A program made the translations under genes and the position numbers. DNA of 62,715 bases, counting the filler. It is 6 parts of 6 records of this genome, joined end to end, with 100 filler letters (N's around TTAATTAATTAA, not from the genome) between each part and the next. Parts side by side here need not be neighbours in the genome. Positions count along the whole stretch, not along the records: positions 34,339 to 40,765 come from DRR378314_1464; positions 40,866 to 56,403 come from DRR378314_1475; 4 more parts are not named here. One strand, 5' to 3'. This document shows, one piece after another, positions 38,362 through 48,016 of the stretch; the stretch's first letter is position 1; each line of letters starts with the position of its first letter. The notes below the pieces were generated by a model. The model had not been told where the DNA came from, made no database searches, and saw only the letters and a list, made by a program, of their open reading frames with translations.

Positions 38362-40128
38362 CTAATATACCAGCTGCCCTATAGTCCCCGCGAAGCGCTG
38401 CTTATTACGATATGGGTAAACATCAATCACCCGACCATCGACAATGGCCTGCTGTAGCTCCAACCAGTAATCGGGATCAAATAACTCCGGATGCTGTTGC
38501 ATGAAAATCGCGCGCAGCTCCGGGTTGGCAAACATAAAGGGGCCGAACTCCTCGGGGAAGATATCGTTGGGGCCAACGTAAAAACTCTCCCCACCACCTC
38601 CTTGAAAGTCATTGCCATACGATTTAGGCATGTGCCGAAAGCGACACTCCGTGAGATAGCACACCTCGTCGTAATCGTAAAAAATCACTCGGCCATGGCG
38701 GGTAACACCAAAGTTTTTTAACAGCATATCGCCCGGGAAGATGTTCGCTGCTGCCATCTGTTTAATGGCGTTACCATAGTCTTTGAGCACCATTACACGC
38801 TCGTCCGCACTGCACTGCTCCAGATAAATATTCAGCGGTGTCATCATGCGCTCGGTATAACAGTGCTTGATGATCACCTTGTCATCTTTCAATGACACAG
38901 TAGACGGCGCTACTTCTAGCAAGTGCTCTAAACACTCTGGCGCAAAGTGATCCTGACGCACGATAAAATTCGAGAACTCCTGGGTATCAGCCATACGCCC
39001 AACACGGTCATGGCGTTTCACCAGGCGGTATTTCTCGCGCACTATCGCGTGGGTGACCTCTTTGGCCGGATCGAATTTATCTTTAATGATCTTAAACACG
39101 GTGCGAAAACTGGGTAGCACAAACACCGCCATCACCATGCCACGCACCCCAGGCGCAATGACGAACTGATCCTCACGCTTGGCCACTTGCAGGTTTAGGG
39201 CACGGAAAAATTCGGTTTTGCCATGCTTAAAAAAGCCAATCGCGGCATACAGTTCGCCTTCAGGCTTATGGGGCATGAGCTGTTTTAAGTAGTGGACAAA
39301 CTCCCCAGGTACCGGTACATCGACTTGGAAGTAGGCACGGGTAAACGAGAAAATAATCGAGACTTCGTCGGTCTCGGTTAGCACGGTATCCAGGTGCAGG
39401 CAGGGGTCGCCGCCCTGCTGCTCGCCAAACCCCTCACCATGTAGAATCGGTAACACCAGTGGCACCTGCTCACCGCCCCCCAAAATGCGGCCGACTAAGT
39501 AGGCCCCTTTATTGCGGTAAAAGACACTTTTCAACAGCTCTAATTGAGCGTCTTCTGACTGCAAAATAGCGGCGGGAAGCAGGGTTTCTAATAGGCCTGC
39601 AGCTAGTTCAATATCGCGCTCCAGATCAGCAAAGGCGTTATCAAATGGTGCCTCTTCAAGCGCCCAAGCAAGCGCCTGAGACCAATCACCGTTGACGGAA
39701 TACTGTCGACAAAGCTCAATTCCAGAATGGTGCGCAGCATCTTCTCGGGAGCTGTACACAAACATCCAGTCATTGCGAATATGACGGTGGTGGAAAATCG
39801 AGCAGAATAACGAGTTAAAAAATGTCTCGGCCAACTCGTAATCCAACCGCTGACTAATCAGCTGCGCATAGTGCTCACGTGCCTCCCGCCATGTCTCGCA
39901 GTACGTAAGCACCTCATGATCAAAGGTACGCTGCAAACGTGTCAGCGTATCGCCCACTTTCTCTCCATAAAGGTTAATCCGCGCCGCTGAGGCTTGCTGG
40001 GCATCACGCCACGCCGCATCACGAAAACGCCGACTGGCGTCAAAAGTAATTTGCTTGAAGCGTGCTCGGTAGCCATCAAATCCATGCAGAATAGTGGCCG
40101 CTAAACGATACGCGGGAGAGTGCTTCAT
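38362..40128 (-). CDS. aceK: Isocitrate dehydrogenase kinase/phosphatase
   Basis: ELAETFFNS, APGVRGMVMAVF, HDRVGRMADTQ and NIFPGDMLLKNFGVTRHGRVIFYDYDE. ATG 40128 has GGAG upstream. Confidence 0.97.
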   Translation of the reverse strand: MKHSPAYRLAATILHGFDGYRARFKQITFDASRRFRDAAWRDAQQASAARINLYGEKVGDTLTRLQRTFDHEVLTYCETWREAREHYAQLISQRLDYELAETFFNSLFCSIFHHRHIRNDWMFVYSSREDAAHHSGIELCRQYSVNGDWSQALAWALEEAPFDNAFADLERDIELAAGLLETLLPAAILQSEDAQLELLKSVFYRNKGAYLVGRILGGGEQVPLVLPILHGEGFGEQQGGDPCLHLDTVLTETDEVSIIFSFTRAYFQVDVPVPGEFVHYLKQLMPHKPEGELYAAIGFFKHGKTEFFRALNLQVAKREDQFVIAPGVRGMVMAVFVLPSFRTVFKIIKDKFDPAKEVTHAIVREKYRLVKRHDRVGRMADTQEFSNFIVRQDHFAPECLEHLLEVAPSTVSLKDDKVIIKHCYTERMMTPLNIYLEQCSADERVMVLKDYGNAIKQMAAANIFPGDMLLKNFGVTRHGRVIFYDYDEVCYLTECRFRHMPKSYGNDFQGGGGESFYVGPNDIFPEEFGPFMFANPELRAIFMQQHPELFDPDYWLELQQAIVDGRVIDVYPYRNKQRFAGTIGQLVY

Positions 40129-40244
40129 GGCGGTGCTCCTGACTATTTTCCCCAGCTTCGCGTAACGGAGCACTACATGCGAGAAGACCTTGGTGGGTAA
40201 TCCGCATGTTTAAGAAGGCAGCTAGCTGTTTTAGCACTCATCAT

Positions 40245-40277
40245 AAAAAGCCTCTGGGCCATTGGGCTCAGAGGCTT
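40245..40277 (-). terminator. Rho-independent terminator after the permease gene
   Basis: Minus strand hairpin AAGCCTCTG...CAGAGGCTT followed by a T run. Confidence 0.75.
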
Positions 40278-40314
40278 AAACTGCCTAGTTAGCCTAGGCG
40301 ATTAGGATCAAACA

Positions 40315-40765
40315 TTACAGCTTGGCAGCAGTCGGCACCGGCTCGTCAATGTCTAGCTCTTCCGGGGCAGCAGTCACCAGCGCAAACTCCTCTTCAGCGG
40401 TTTTCGCCACCAGCTTATTCTTGCTGTAAAGGAAGTAGTACGCTGCACCAGCAATGAATAGAACGATGGTGTAATTAAACGCGCGGGGGTCGAAAGCATA
40501 GACACCGGTCAGCGCGACGAGGGAAAGCACTAACGCAACGCCAGAGGTCACCACACCACCGGGTGTTTTATAAGGGCGCGGCAAGTCAGGCTGTTTAACT
40601 CGTAATAGAATATGGCTGAGCGCCATCAATGCATAAGAGAGCGTCGCGCCGACAACGGCCATCCCTAGAATTAGATCACCCTCGCCGCTAAGTGAGACTA
40701 AAAAGCCAAATACACCAGGCACAATCAGCGCCAGATAAGGCACTTTACGCTCGCTGGTCAGTGAC
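40315..40765 (-). CDS. eat: APC-family permease, ethanolamine permease-like, C-terminal part
   Basis: GATLSYALMALSHILLR..PDLPRPYKTPGG and LVAKTAEEEF; multiple TM helices; cut by the contig end. Confidence 0.7.
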
Positions 40766-40865
40766 NNNNNNNNNNNNNNNNNNNNNNNNNNNNNNNNNNN
40801 NNNNNNNNNTTAATTAATTAANNNNNNNNNNNNNNNNNNNNNNNNNNNNNNNNNNNNNNNNNNNN
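40766..40865. other. Artificial contig spacer
   Basis: Same linker. Confidence 0.98.
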
Positions 40866-40925
40866 CGCAAGTTCCCCAACAAGTTCGATCGTATAAGCTT
40901 CTCCCTCAGGGATCAATCGAGTCAC
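40866..40925 (-). pseudogene. Possible fragment of a large serine recombinase C-terminus
   Basis: VTRLIPEGEAYTIELVGELA resembles the 'L.PE....IEL.GELA' tail I recall from alphaproteobacterial island recombinases. No credible upstream coding region. Confidence 0.25.
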
Positions 40926-41076
40926 TTGCAATGCGATGATGCACAAGCATTGGAGGCATATTTAGGGTCGCTTTCGTCGCTGAAGTCAGAGACCGGGCAA
41001 CTCAACCTTTGCGTGCAGCGACTTCCTATGGGATGACAGCCGCCGTAGAAGGAGTGGTGTAACAGCTCCATAAAGC

Positions 41077-41116
41077 GTCAAAAAAATATCACTAACTAGG
41101 CAAAAAAGATCATAAC
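41077..41116 (+). promoter_or_regulatory. Candidate AraC/GlxA-type operator upstream of dctP
   Basis: AAAAAGATCATA at 41103-41114, with a related half-site (AAAAAATATCA) 21 bp upstream. The 12-mer recurs at 45836. Confidence 0.5.
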
Positions 41117-41229
41117 ATTTTCTCTGTTTCTACTCCTCCTGATAGTGGGGAGCGCCGTGATGGGGTCCGTGCATCGTTGCGCCATTCAACCCAATATAGC
41201 TGGGCCAACCAAAACAGGGATACAACACC

Positions 41230-42207
41230 ATGAAAACTGTGAGACAATTTGCTGCCACCATCGGTTTCTCGCTTGTGTCGACGGCAGGGTTTGCACAAAC
41301 GAACATCTCTATAGCAACGGCGTATCAAGACACGAACTTCCACACCCAGAACATCGCGCAGTTCGCAGCTGAGGTGGAAGAAATGACAGATGGAGAAGTC
41401 ACGTTCACGCTTCACACCGGCGCGTCGCTTCTGAAAATGCCCGAAATCATGCGCGGAGTCCAAACTGGCCAAGTGCAGGCAGGGGAAATTCTGCTTTCTG
41501 CTTATGGTCAGGAAAGCCCGTTTTTTGAGGTCGATGGCATTCCGTTCCTGTCGCAAGGCCAAAAGACCGCCTGGCAGGTTTATGAACTAACGCTGCCATA
41601 CATCGAGGCGCGTTTGGAAGAAAAAGGGCTTATGCCTCTGTTTGCCGTACCGTGGCCTGGTCAGGGGCTGTACGCGCAAAAGGAAATCACCGCCGCCTCG
41701 GATTATGAAGGCGTGAAATTCCGTGCCTATAACGCACTCACCGCGCGCTTCGCCGAGTTGATGGGCGCTGTGCCGACTACCGTGCAATCTGCCGAAGTGC
41801 CGCAAGCCTTTGCCACCGGTGTTGTAAGCGCGATGATCACCTCTGCGGCGACGGGCAACTACACCAAGGCTTGGGATTTCACCTCGCACTATTACGATGT
41901 GAACGCCATGAACAACAAGAACATGGTGATCATGAATGCCGATGCCTTCAACGGCTTGTCCGAAGAACATCAAGATGCTGTGCTGGCGGCGGCGGCCAAG
42001 GCCGAAGCGCGCGGCTGGATCATGTCCAATGCGGTTCAGTCTGAACTAACAGCGAACCTGTCCGCCAATGGCATGACCGTGGCCCAGCCCAATGACGAAC
42101 TTATGGTCGAGCTCGAAGCCATCGGCGGGACCATGGTCGAAGAATGGTTGGTCAAGGCCGGTGATGAAGGCGCTGCGTTCTACGAAGCTTATCAGGCGCT
42201 GGACTAA
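41230..42207 (+). CDS. dctP: TRAP substrate-binding protein (DctP6/7-like subfamily)
   Basis: Signal peptide; NFHTQN, HTGASLLKMPEI, VQTGQVQAGEILLS, PWPGQGLY and KFRAYN motifs. Confidence 0.92.
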   Translation: MKTVRQFAATIGFSLVSTAGFAQTNISIATAYQDTNFHTQNIAQFAAEVEEMTDGEVTFTLHTGASLLKMPEIMRGVQTGQVQAGEILLSAYGQESPFFEVDGIPFLSQGQKTAWQVYELTLPYIEARLEEKGLMPLFAVPWPGQGLYAQKEITAASDYEGVKFRAYNALTARFAELMGAVPTTVQSAEVPQAFATGVVSAMITSAATGNYTKAWDFTSHYYDVNAMNNKNMVIMNADAFNGLSEEHQDAVLAAAAKAEARGWIMSNAVQSELTANLSANGMTVAQPNDELMVELEAIGGTMVEEWLVKAGDEGAAFYEAYQALD

Positions 42208-42266
42208 GCCCCGTTATTCGTAGTGAGTGATCTTGATCTTCCTGTAGAAGCGGTGTTCTTCCTCTT

Positions 42267-42791
42267 ATGCGCAAAATTCTGAATTCACTATATTTTGGCG
42301 CAGCTTTGCTAGGAGCGTTTTTCATCGTCGCTATCGGACTTCTGATTGTCGTTCAGGTCGTGGGGCGACAGTTAGGCGTGCAGGTCAAAGGTGCTGACGA
42401 CCTGACCGCCTGGAGCGTCGTGGCCGCAGGATTTCTGCCACTGGCCTACACGTTCCGCAACGGGCGCCATATCCGAGTGACGCTGCTGATCGATAAGGCA
42501 GGCCGATTCAAGACGGTGATGGAATTTGCTGTCTTGGCGATCGGCCTGTTCTTTACCGGCTACCTTACCTACTCCTCGATAGACATGGTGTGGGACTCGA
42601 TCCGCTTTAATGATTTGACCCAAGGGTTGATCAATATCCCGCTTTGGATCCCTCAAGCCTCTATCCCAATTGGGGCCATGGTGCTGGCAATTGCCATACT
42701 GGACGACCTGCTTTGCCTGTTTTTTGGGCGAACTCCAAGCTATGTTCAGGCAGCAGAGCATAACGATCCAGCCGACCAACATTTAGACTGA
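42267..42791 (+). CDS. dctQ: TRAP small permease
   Basis: Four TM helices; GRHIRVTLL and IPLWIPQ motifs. Confidence 0.92.
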   Translation: MRKILNSLYFGAALLGAFFIVAIGLLIVVQVVGRQLGVQVKGADDLTAWSVVAAGFLPLAYTFRNGRHIRVTLLIDKAGRFKTVMEFAVLAIGLFFTGYLTYSSIDMVWDSIRFNDLTQGLINIPLWIPQASIPIGAMVLAIAILDDLLCLFFGRTPSYVQAAEHNDPADQHLD

Positions 42792-42802
42792 GGTCACATC
42801 CA

Positions 42803-44110
42803 TTGTCATTTGAAACAGCCCAGGTTGCGCTAACCATCGTCTTTTTCCTGTTCCTGTTTCTGGGGTCGGGAATGTGGATCGCCCTGTCCCTTCTTGGGGT
42901 CGGTTGGGTCGGTATGACGTTGTTTACCTCTGTGCCGGTTGAAAAATCACTGGCGACCTCAATTTGGCAAACCAATGCTAGCTGGTCACTTGCCGCGTTA
43001 CCGCTGTTCATCTGGATGGGGGAAATCTTGTTCCGTGCCAAATTGTCGGAAACCTTGTTTCGAGGGCTGACACCTTGGCTCGGCTGGCTGCCGGGCCGAC
43101 TATTGCATGTGAATGTGGTGGGCAGTGGGTTCTTTGCCGCAGTCTGCGGATCGTCTGCGGCAACCTGCGCCACGGTGGGCCGGATGTCGTTGCCAGAGTT
43201 ACAGAGGCTGGGTTATGACCGGACCTTGGCGGTTGGCTCTTTGGCCGGTTCGGCCACACTTGGATTGTTGATCCCGCCGTCAATCATCATGATCGTCTAC
43301 GGCGTCGCGGCGGATGTCTCCATCGTGCGCCTGTTCCTTGCCGGTGTCTTCCCAGGCCTGATGATCATGGCACTGTTTTCAGGCTATATCGTGGTGCGCG
43401 CCTTGCTTTCATCCGAGGTCGCGCCCGATTTTGGCGAGCGGTTACATTTTGCTGAGAAACTCCGCCGCTCCAAGGGGCTTTTCCCGATCATGTTGTTAAT
43501 TCTCGGCGTAATCGCGTCGATCTATGGCGGAGTTGCCACGGCAACCGAGGCCGCGGCGGGCGGTGTTCTGGGTGCTCTCGCTCTGGCTGCATGGTCGCGC
43601 ACTCTCACTCTCCGAATGCTGAGCGACAGCCTGATGAATGCCACGCAGCTTTCGTGCATGATTTTTCTGATCCTCTCAGGTGCCGCTTTTTTGACCACCT
43701 CATTCGCCTATCTCGGAATTCCCGCGGCGGTGGCCAGCTGGGTTGGCGGCATGGAACTGCATCCCTACACACTAATGATTGCGCTCTGCGTGCTATACGT
43801 GATCCTCGGCTGCTTCATCGAAGGGATTTCGATGATTGTTCTGACCACGTCGGTTGTGCTTCCCTTGGTTTCTCAGGCCGGGTTTGATCTGCTATGGTTC
43901 GGCATTTTTGTTATTGTCGTGGTCGAAGCTGCGCAGATCACGCCACCGCTTGGCTTTAATCTATTCGTCATTCAAGGCCTTACAGGTCACAGCATTTTCC
44001 GCGTGGCCCGCGCTGCGCTGCCGTTCTTCTTCTTGTTGATTGCAGGGGCTGCGTTGATCACGCTGTTCCCGCAGATTGCTCTGTGGCTTCCTTCAACTAT
44101 GAAGGGCTGA
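42803..44110 (+). CDS. dctM: TRAP large permease
   Basis: ALPLFIWMGEIL, GSSAAT, LGLLIPPSI, TATEAAA and ITPPLGFNLFV motifs; TTG start. Confidence 0.95.
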   Translation: MSFETAQVALTIVFFLFLFLGSGMWIALSLLGVGWVGMTLFTSVPVEKSLATSIWQTNASWSLAALPLFIWMGEILFRAKLSETLFRGLTPWLGWLPGRLLHVNVVGSGFFAAVCGSSAATCATVGRMSLPELQRLGYDRTLAVGSLAGSATLGLLIPPSIIMIVYGVAADVSIVRLFLAGVFPGLMIMALFSGYIVVRALLSSEVAPDFGERLHFAEKLRRSKGLFPIMLLILGVIASIYGGVATATEAAAGGVLGALALAAWSRTLTLRMLSDSLMNATQLSCMIFLILSGAAFLTTSFAYLGIPAAVASWVGGMELHPYTLMIALCVLYVILGCFIEGISMIVLTTSVVLPLVSQAGFDLLWFGIFVIVVVEAAQITPPLGFNLFVIQGLTGHSIFRVARAALPFFFLLIAGAALITLFPQIALWLPSTMKG

Positions 44111-44117
44111 CAGCACC

Positions 44118-45122
44118 ATGGCGCGGGTCTTTCAGCACAGATCCGGTGACGAGCCAATCTGCGTCGATTTCTTCATCGGCCATCGCTTCACGATTGTTCC
44201 TTTCATCAACGCAATCGACCCGCTGCGCATCGCCAATCTTGTCAGCGGCAAAACCCTTTTCGAAACCCGCTTGATTTCTGATGATGGCCAGCCGGTTACA
44301 GCCATCAACGGGATGGAGTTTCAGGTGGATGCCGCCATGGGCGACATTCATCGCGCAGACAACGTGTTCATGTTCATTGGCTTTGATCCGCTGATGGAGG
44401 TGCCGCCCGCACTTGCCAATTGGCTGCGCAAACTGGTTGTGCAGGGCGCGCATTTGGGCGCAGCCGGAGCAGGTGCGCTGTTTCTGGCGCAAGCGGGACT
44501 GCTCGACGGTTATTCAGCGACGATCCATTGGAATTACCGCGACAGCTTTCTGGAAAGCTTCCCCAAGATCCGACTGTCCCGAAACGCATTCGAAATCGAC
44601 CGCAACCGCTTTACCTGTGCGGGGGGCACTGCGACGATGAACCTGATGCTGCATGCCATCGCAGCACATTTCGGACCTGATCTGGCCTCGGAAGTGGCGG
44701 ATCTGTTCATCGCAGGTGAAGTTTATCAGCCCGAAACTGAGTTCCCCCGAATGGAGCGGGCAAGGGTCGGTATTGCCCAATCTTCTTTGCGCTTTGCGGT
44801 GGATGAAATGGAAAGCCATATCGAAACCCCGCTGGGTATCACCGAACTGGCCGCGCGCGCCAATATCTCGCAACGCTCGCTGACGCGGCTGTTCAAGGAC
44901 CATTTCCAGGTCACACCGGTGCAATATTATCATCGGCTGCGCCTGCAACACGGGCAAAGGCTGATGCAGCAAACAAACATGTCCGCAACCGAGGTCGCGC
45001 TGGCAAGTGGGTTCCGATCGCCCGAGCATTTCTTTCGCAGTTACAGAAAACAGTTTGGCTGCTCACCCATCGAAGACCGCCGGAACAGTCGGTTGTTGGG
45101 GCCAGACGAAGGGGAGGATTGA
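44118..45122 (+). CDS. GlxA-family transcriptional regulator (GATase1-like + AraC HTH)
   Basis: LRIAN, LLDGYSATIHW, FTCAGG and a C-terminal AraC HTH (VALASGF...FFRSYRKQFG). Confidence 0.92.
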   Translation: MARVFQHRSGDEPICVDFFIGHRFTIVPFINAIDPLRIANLVSGKTLFETRLISDDGQPVTAINGMEFQVDAAMGDIHRADNVFMFIGFDPLMEVPPALANWLRKLVVQGAHLGAAGAGALFLAQAGLLDGYSATIHWNYRDSFLESFPKIRLSRNAFEIDRNRFTCAGGTATMNLMLHAIAAHFGPDLASEVADLFIAGEVYQPETEFPRMERARVGIAQSSLRFAVDEMESHIETPLGITELAARANISQRSLTRLFKDHFQVTPVQYYHRLRLQHGQRLMQQTNMSATEVALASGFRSPEHFFRSYRKQFGCSPIEDRRNSRLLGPDEGED

Positions 45123-45811
45123 TGCTTCTTGTGGATTTTGGTGGCCGGGGTCGGTACCGTTTCAGCCCCTATGCCTGGCGCAGCAAGCTCGCGCTCGCCC
45201 ATCTAGGGTTAATGTACGAGACGCGAGAGATCACATTTCTGGACAAATCCGCACTTGCCGGGATCACAGATTATTCCCGGGCCCCAGCCCTGATCACGGA
45301 CACGGATGTGATCACCGATAGCTGGAACATCGCGCTCTATCTGCACCAGACCTATCCGCACCCGACCCCTCTGTTCGCCGATGCTGGGCAGATGGGGTAT
45401 GCCGCCTTTCTCAATGAATGGGTGCCACGTGTCCTTTACCCGATCATTCTGCCGATGATCGCCAAGGATGTTGTCACCAAAGTGTTGCCGGAGGAACAGC
45501 GCCATTATCGCACCACGCGCGAGGCCGTGCTGGGCTGTAGTTTAGAACAGGCCGCTGAAAATCGCGAGGCCCTGGTACAGGATCTATATGCTGCGATGGA
45601 GCCGCTCCGTGCGACCCTTGCTCGGACGCCATTTTTGAACGGAGATGCATCAGGCTATTGCGACTATATTGTCGGAGCGCTGTTTCTTTGGGTTTGCGGA
45701 ACCTCTCCGTTCCAACTGCTAGGCACGGATGATCCCATGCATCTTTGGCGCGCGCGGCTTTTCGAAAGATACCGTGACATCATCACGGCGACAGACGGCT
45801 ACGATTGGTAG
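45122..45811 (+). CDS. Glutathione S-transferase, beta-etherase (LigE)-like fold
   Basis: FSPYAWRSKLALAHLGL, DSWNIALYL, YRTTRE...G.SLE and PLRATLARTPFL..D..GYCDY. TGATG-coupled to the regulator. Confidence 0.85.
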   Translation: MLLVDFGGRGRYRFSPYAWRSKLALAHLGLMYETREITFLDKSALAGITDYSRAPALITDTDVITDSWNIALYLHQTYPHPTPLFADAGQMGYAAFLNEWVPRVLYPIILPMIAKDVVTKVLPEEQRHYRTTREAVLGCSLEQAAENREALVQDLYAAMEPLRATLARTPFLNGDASGYCDYIVGALFLWVCGTSPFQLLGTDDPMHLWRARLFERYRDIITATDGYDW

Positions 45812-45831
45812 CAGATTTGGTCAGTACACCC

Positions 45832-45849
45832 TGCGAAAAAGATCATACC
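45832..45849 (+). promoter_or_regulatory. Second copy of the candidate operator, upstream of the hydantoinase A gene
   Basis: AAAAAGATCATA at 45836-45847, identical to 41103-41114. Confidence 0.5.
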
Positions 45850-45901
45850 CAGAAAGAGCTGGGCAATAGTCTGGTTAGCAGCGGTTCAAAGGGCGAGACG
45901 T

Positions 45902-48013
45902 ATGCAAATTGCTGAAACTCAAGTGCGTGTTGGAATTGATATAGGTGGCACGTTCACCGATGTGGCTTTGGAATCCAAGGGCACGCGATATACTGCCAAG
46001 CTTTTGACGACGCCTGACAATCCGGTGGATGCCTGCATGGAAGGTCTGGGCCGTGTGGTATCCGAAGCAAAGGTTTCACCGGGGGATATCGACGTCATCG
46101 TGCATGGCACCACACTGGCTACCAACGCAGTGATCGAACGCAAGGGCGCGGTCACCTCCATGGTAACGACCGAAGGTTTCCGCGACGTGATCGAGATTGG
46201 GACAGAAGGCCGCCCCGAGCAATATGACGTCAACATTCTGAAACCCGAACCGCTTGTCCCGCGGCGACGCCGGTTTACCGTGTCCGAGCGCCTCAACAGC
46301 GCTGGGGAGGTGTTGAAACCACTCGATGAAGCAGCGCTTGAGGCGTTACTACCGTCGCTGGACGAAGCCGGGACAGAGGCATTGGCCATCTGTTTTTTGC
46401 ATGCTTACGTGGACTCGGTCCACGAGGCCGCCGCGCGCGATTTCTTTGCCACCAGAAGACCTGATTGGCTGATCTCATGCTCTTTCGACATCTCGCCTGA
46501 GTTCCGCGAATTTGAACGGTTCTCGACAACCTGCACAAACGCATATGTGCAGCCGCAGGTTTCGAAATACCTCGCCGAGTTTCAGGAGCGGCTGAAGGCG
46601 GCAGGATATGGTTGCGAGATGCTGATGATGCTCTCTAGTGGCGGATTGACTACGGTACAGACCGCGAGGGTATTCCCGGTGCGGCTAATCGAATCCGGTC
46701 CGGCGGGCGGCGCGATTTTCGCGTGCGATGTGGCGCGGCGTCTTGGCATCGGGCAAGCGATTTCCTTTGATATGGGCGGCACCACCGCCAAGATCTGCCT
46801 CATTGACGACTACAAAGCGCAGTCGAGCCGTCGGTTCGAGGTCGCTCGTGTATACCGTTTTCGCAAGGACAGCGGACTGCCGTTGCGCATCCCGGTTATC
46901 GACATGGTCGAAATTGGTGCAGGCGGGGGGTCCATCGCGGGCGTCGATGCCTTGGGTCGTCTAACGGTTGGTCCGGAAAGCGCGGGTTCCGCGCCAGGCC
47001 CTGCCTGCTATGGCTTGGGTGGGTCGCAGCCAACCGTGACCGATGCAAACCTTGCCTTAGGACGCATTGACTCTGTGGGATTTGCCGGTGGCTCGATGCA
47101 CCTAGACACCGGTGCGACTGATGCGGCCCTGGCAAAATCCGTTGCTGAGCCGATGGGCATGAGCCCGCTGGCAGCTGCCTATGGCGTAACGGAAATGGTC
47201 TGTGAAAACATGGCCAGCGCAGCGCGGGTTCATGCGATTGAAAGCGGTAAGAACGTGGATGATCGCACCCTGATCGCGTTTGGTGGGGCAGCCCCGCTGC
47301 ATGTCTGCCAGATGGCGGACAAACTGGGCATCGACCGGATCATCATTCCCTCAAATGCCGGTGTCGGATCTGCGGTGGGGTTTCTACGGGCGCCTGTCTC
47401 CTATGAGGTGGTCCAGACCCACTACCAGCAGCTTGATCATTTCGATGTCGGTGCCGCCAATGCCGCACTGGATCAGATGGAACGCCAAGCCGAAGCTCAT
47501 GTCAAATTGGGGGCTGAGGATGGGGCCAAGCTGACGCTGCGCCGCGTGGCCTACATGCGTTATCATGGTCAGGGGCACGAGATTTCCGTCGTCCTACCCG
47601 AAGGGCCGCTGGGGAATGACGCGGCCTCTGAGCTGCAAAAACTGTTCGATGCGGAATACAATATCGTCTTTGGTCGAAATATAGGCAACATCGCTTCTGG
47701 CGAGATTGTCAGTCTTGCAGTCACTGTAACGACCGAGCCCTACGACGATGTGATGGCCAGCTCCTCGGGTGGCGTGGACAGCATTGCACGTGGCACACGC
47801 CGCGCATTTGACAGCGCCAGCGAGACCGAGATGGATTTCACCATTGTCCCCCGCGACACGCTACCAAGTGTCGGCCCCGTCGCAGGACCTGCCGTGATCA
47901 CGGAAAAGGAAACGTCCATCGTCGTTTCATCGGTCTTTGAAGCACGAGTCCTGGAGGGCGGCGATATCGACCTCAGGCGCACGGCCAAACGTGCCCTGGC
48001 AAAGGAGGCGTAA
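45902..48013 (+). CDS. Hydantoinase A / 5-oxoprolinase ATP-binding subunit
   Basis: DIGGTFTD, HGTTLATNA, ESGPAGG, DMGGTT, GAGGGS, GPESAGSAPGPACYG and PTVTDA motifs. Confidence 0.95.
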   Translation: MQIAETQVRVGIDIGGTFTDVALESKGTRYTAKLLTTPDNPVDACMEGLGRVVSEAKVSPGDIDVIVHGTTLATNAVIERKGAVTSMVTTEGFRDVIEIGTEGRPEQYDVNILKPEPLVPRRRRFTVSERLNSAGEVLKPLDEAALEALLPSLDEAGTEALAICFLHAYVDSVHEAAARDFFATRRPDWLISCSFDISPEFREFERFSTTCTNAYVQPQVSKYLAEFQERLKAAGYGCEMLMMLSSGGLTTVQTARVFPVRLIESGPAGGAIFACDVARRLGIGQAISFDMGGTTAKICLIDDYKAQSSRRFEVARVYRFRKDSGLPLRIPVIDMVEIGAGGGSIAGVDALGRLTVGPESAGSAPGPACYGLGGSQPTVTDANLALGRIDSVGFAGGSMHLDTGATDAALAKSVAEPMGMSPLAAAYGVTEMVCENMASAARVHAIESGKNVDDRTLIAFGGAAPLHVCQMADKLGIDRIIIPSNAGVGSAVGFLRAPVSYEVVQTHYQQLDHFDVGAANAALDQMERQAEAHVKLGAEDGAKLTLRRVAYMRYHGQGHEISVVLPEGPLGNDAASELQKLFDAEYNIVFGRNIGNIASGEIVSLAVTVTTEPYDDVMASSSGGVDSIARGTRRAFDSASETEMDFTIVPRDTLPSVGPVAGPAVITEKETSIVVSSVFEARVLEGGDIDLRRTAKRALAKEA

Positions 48014-48016
48014 GAC

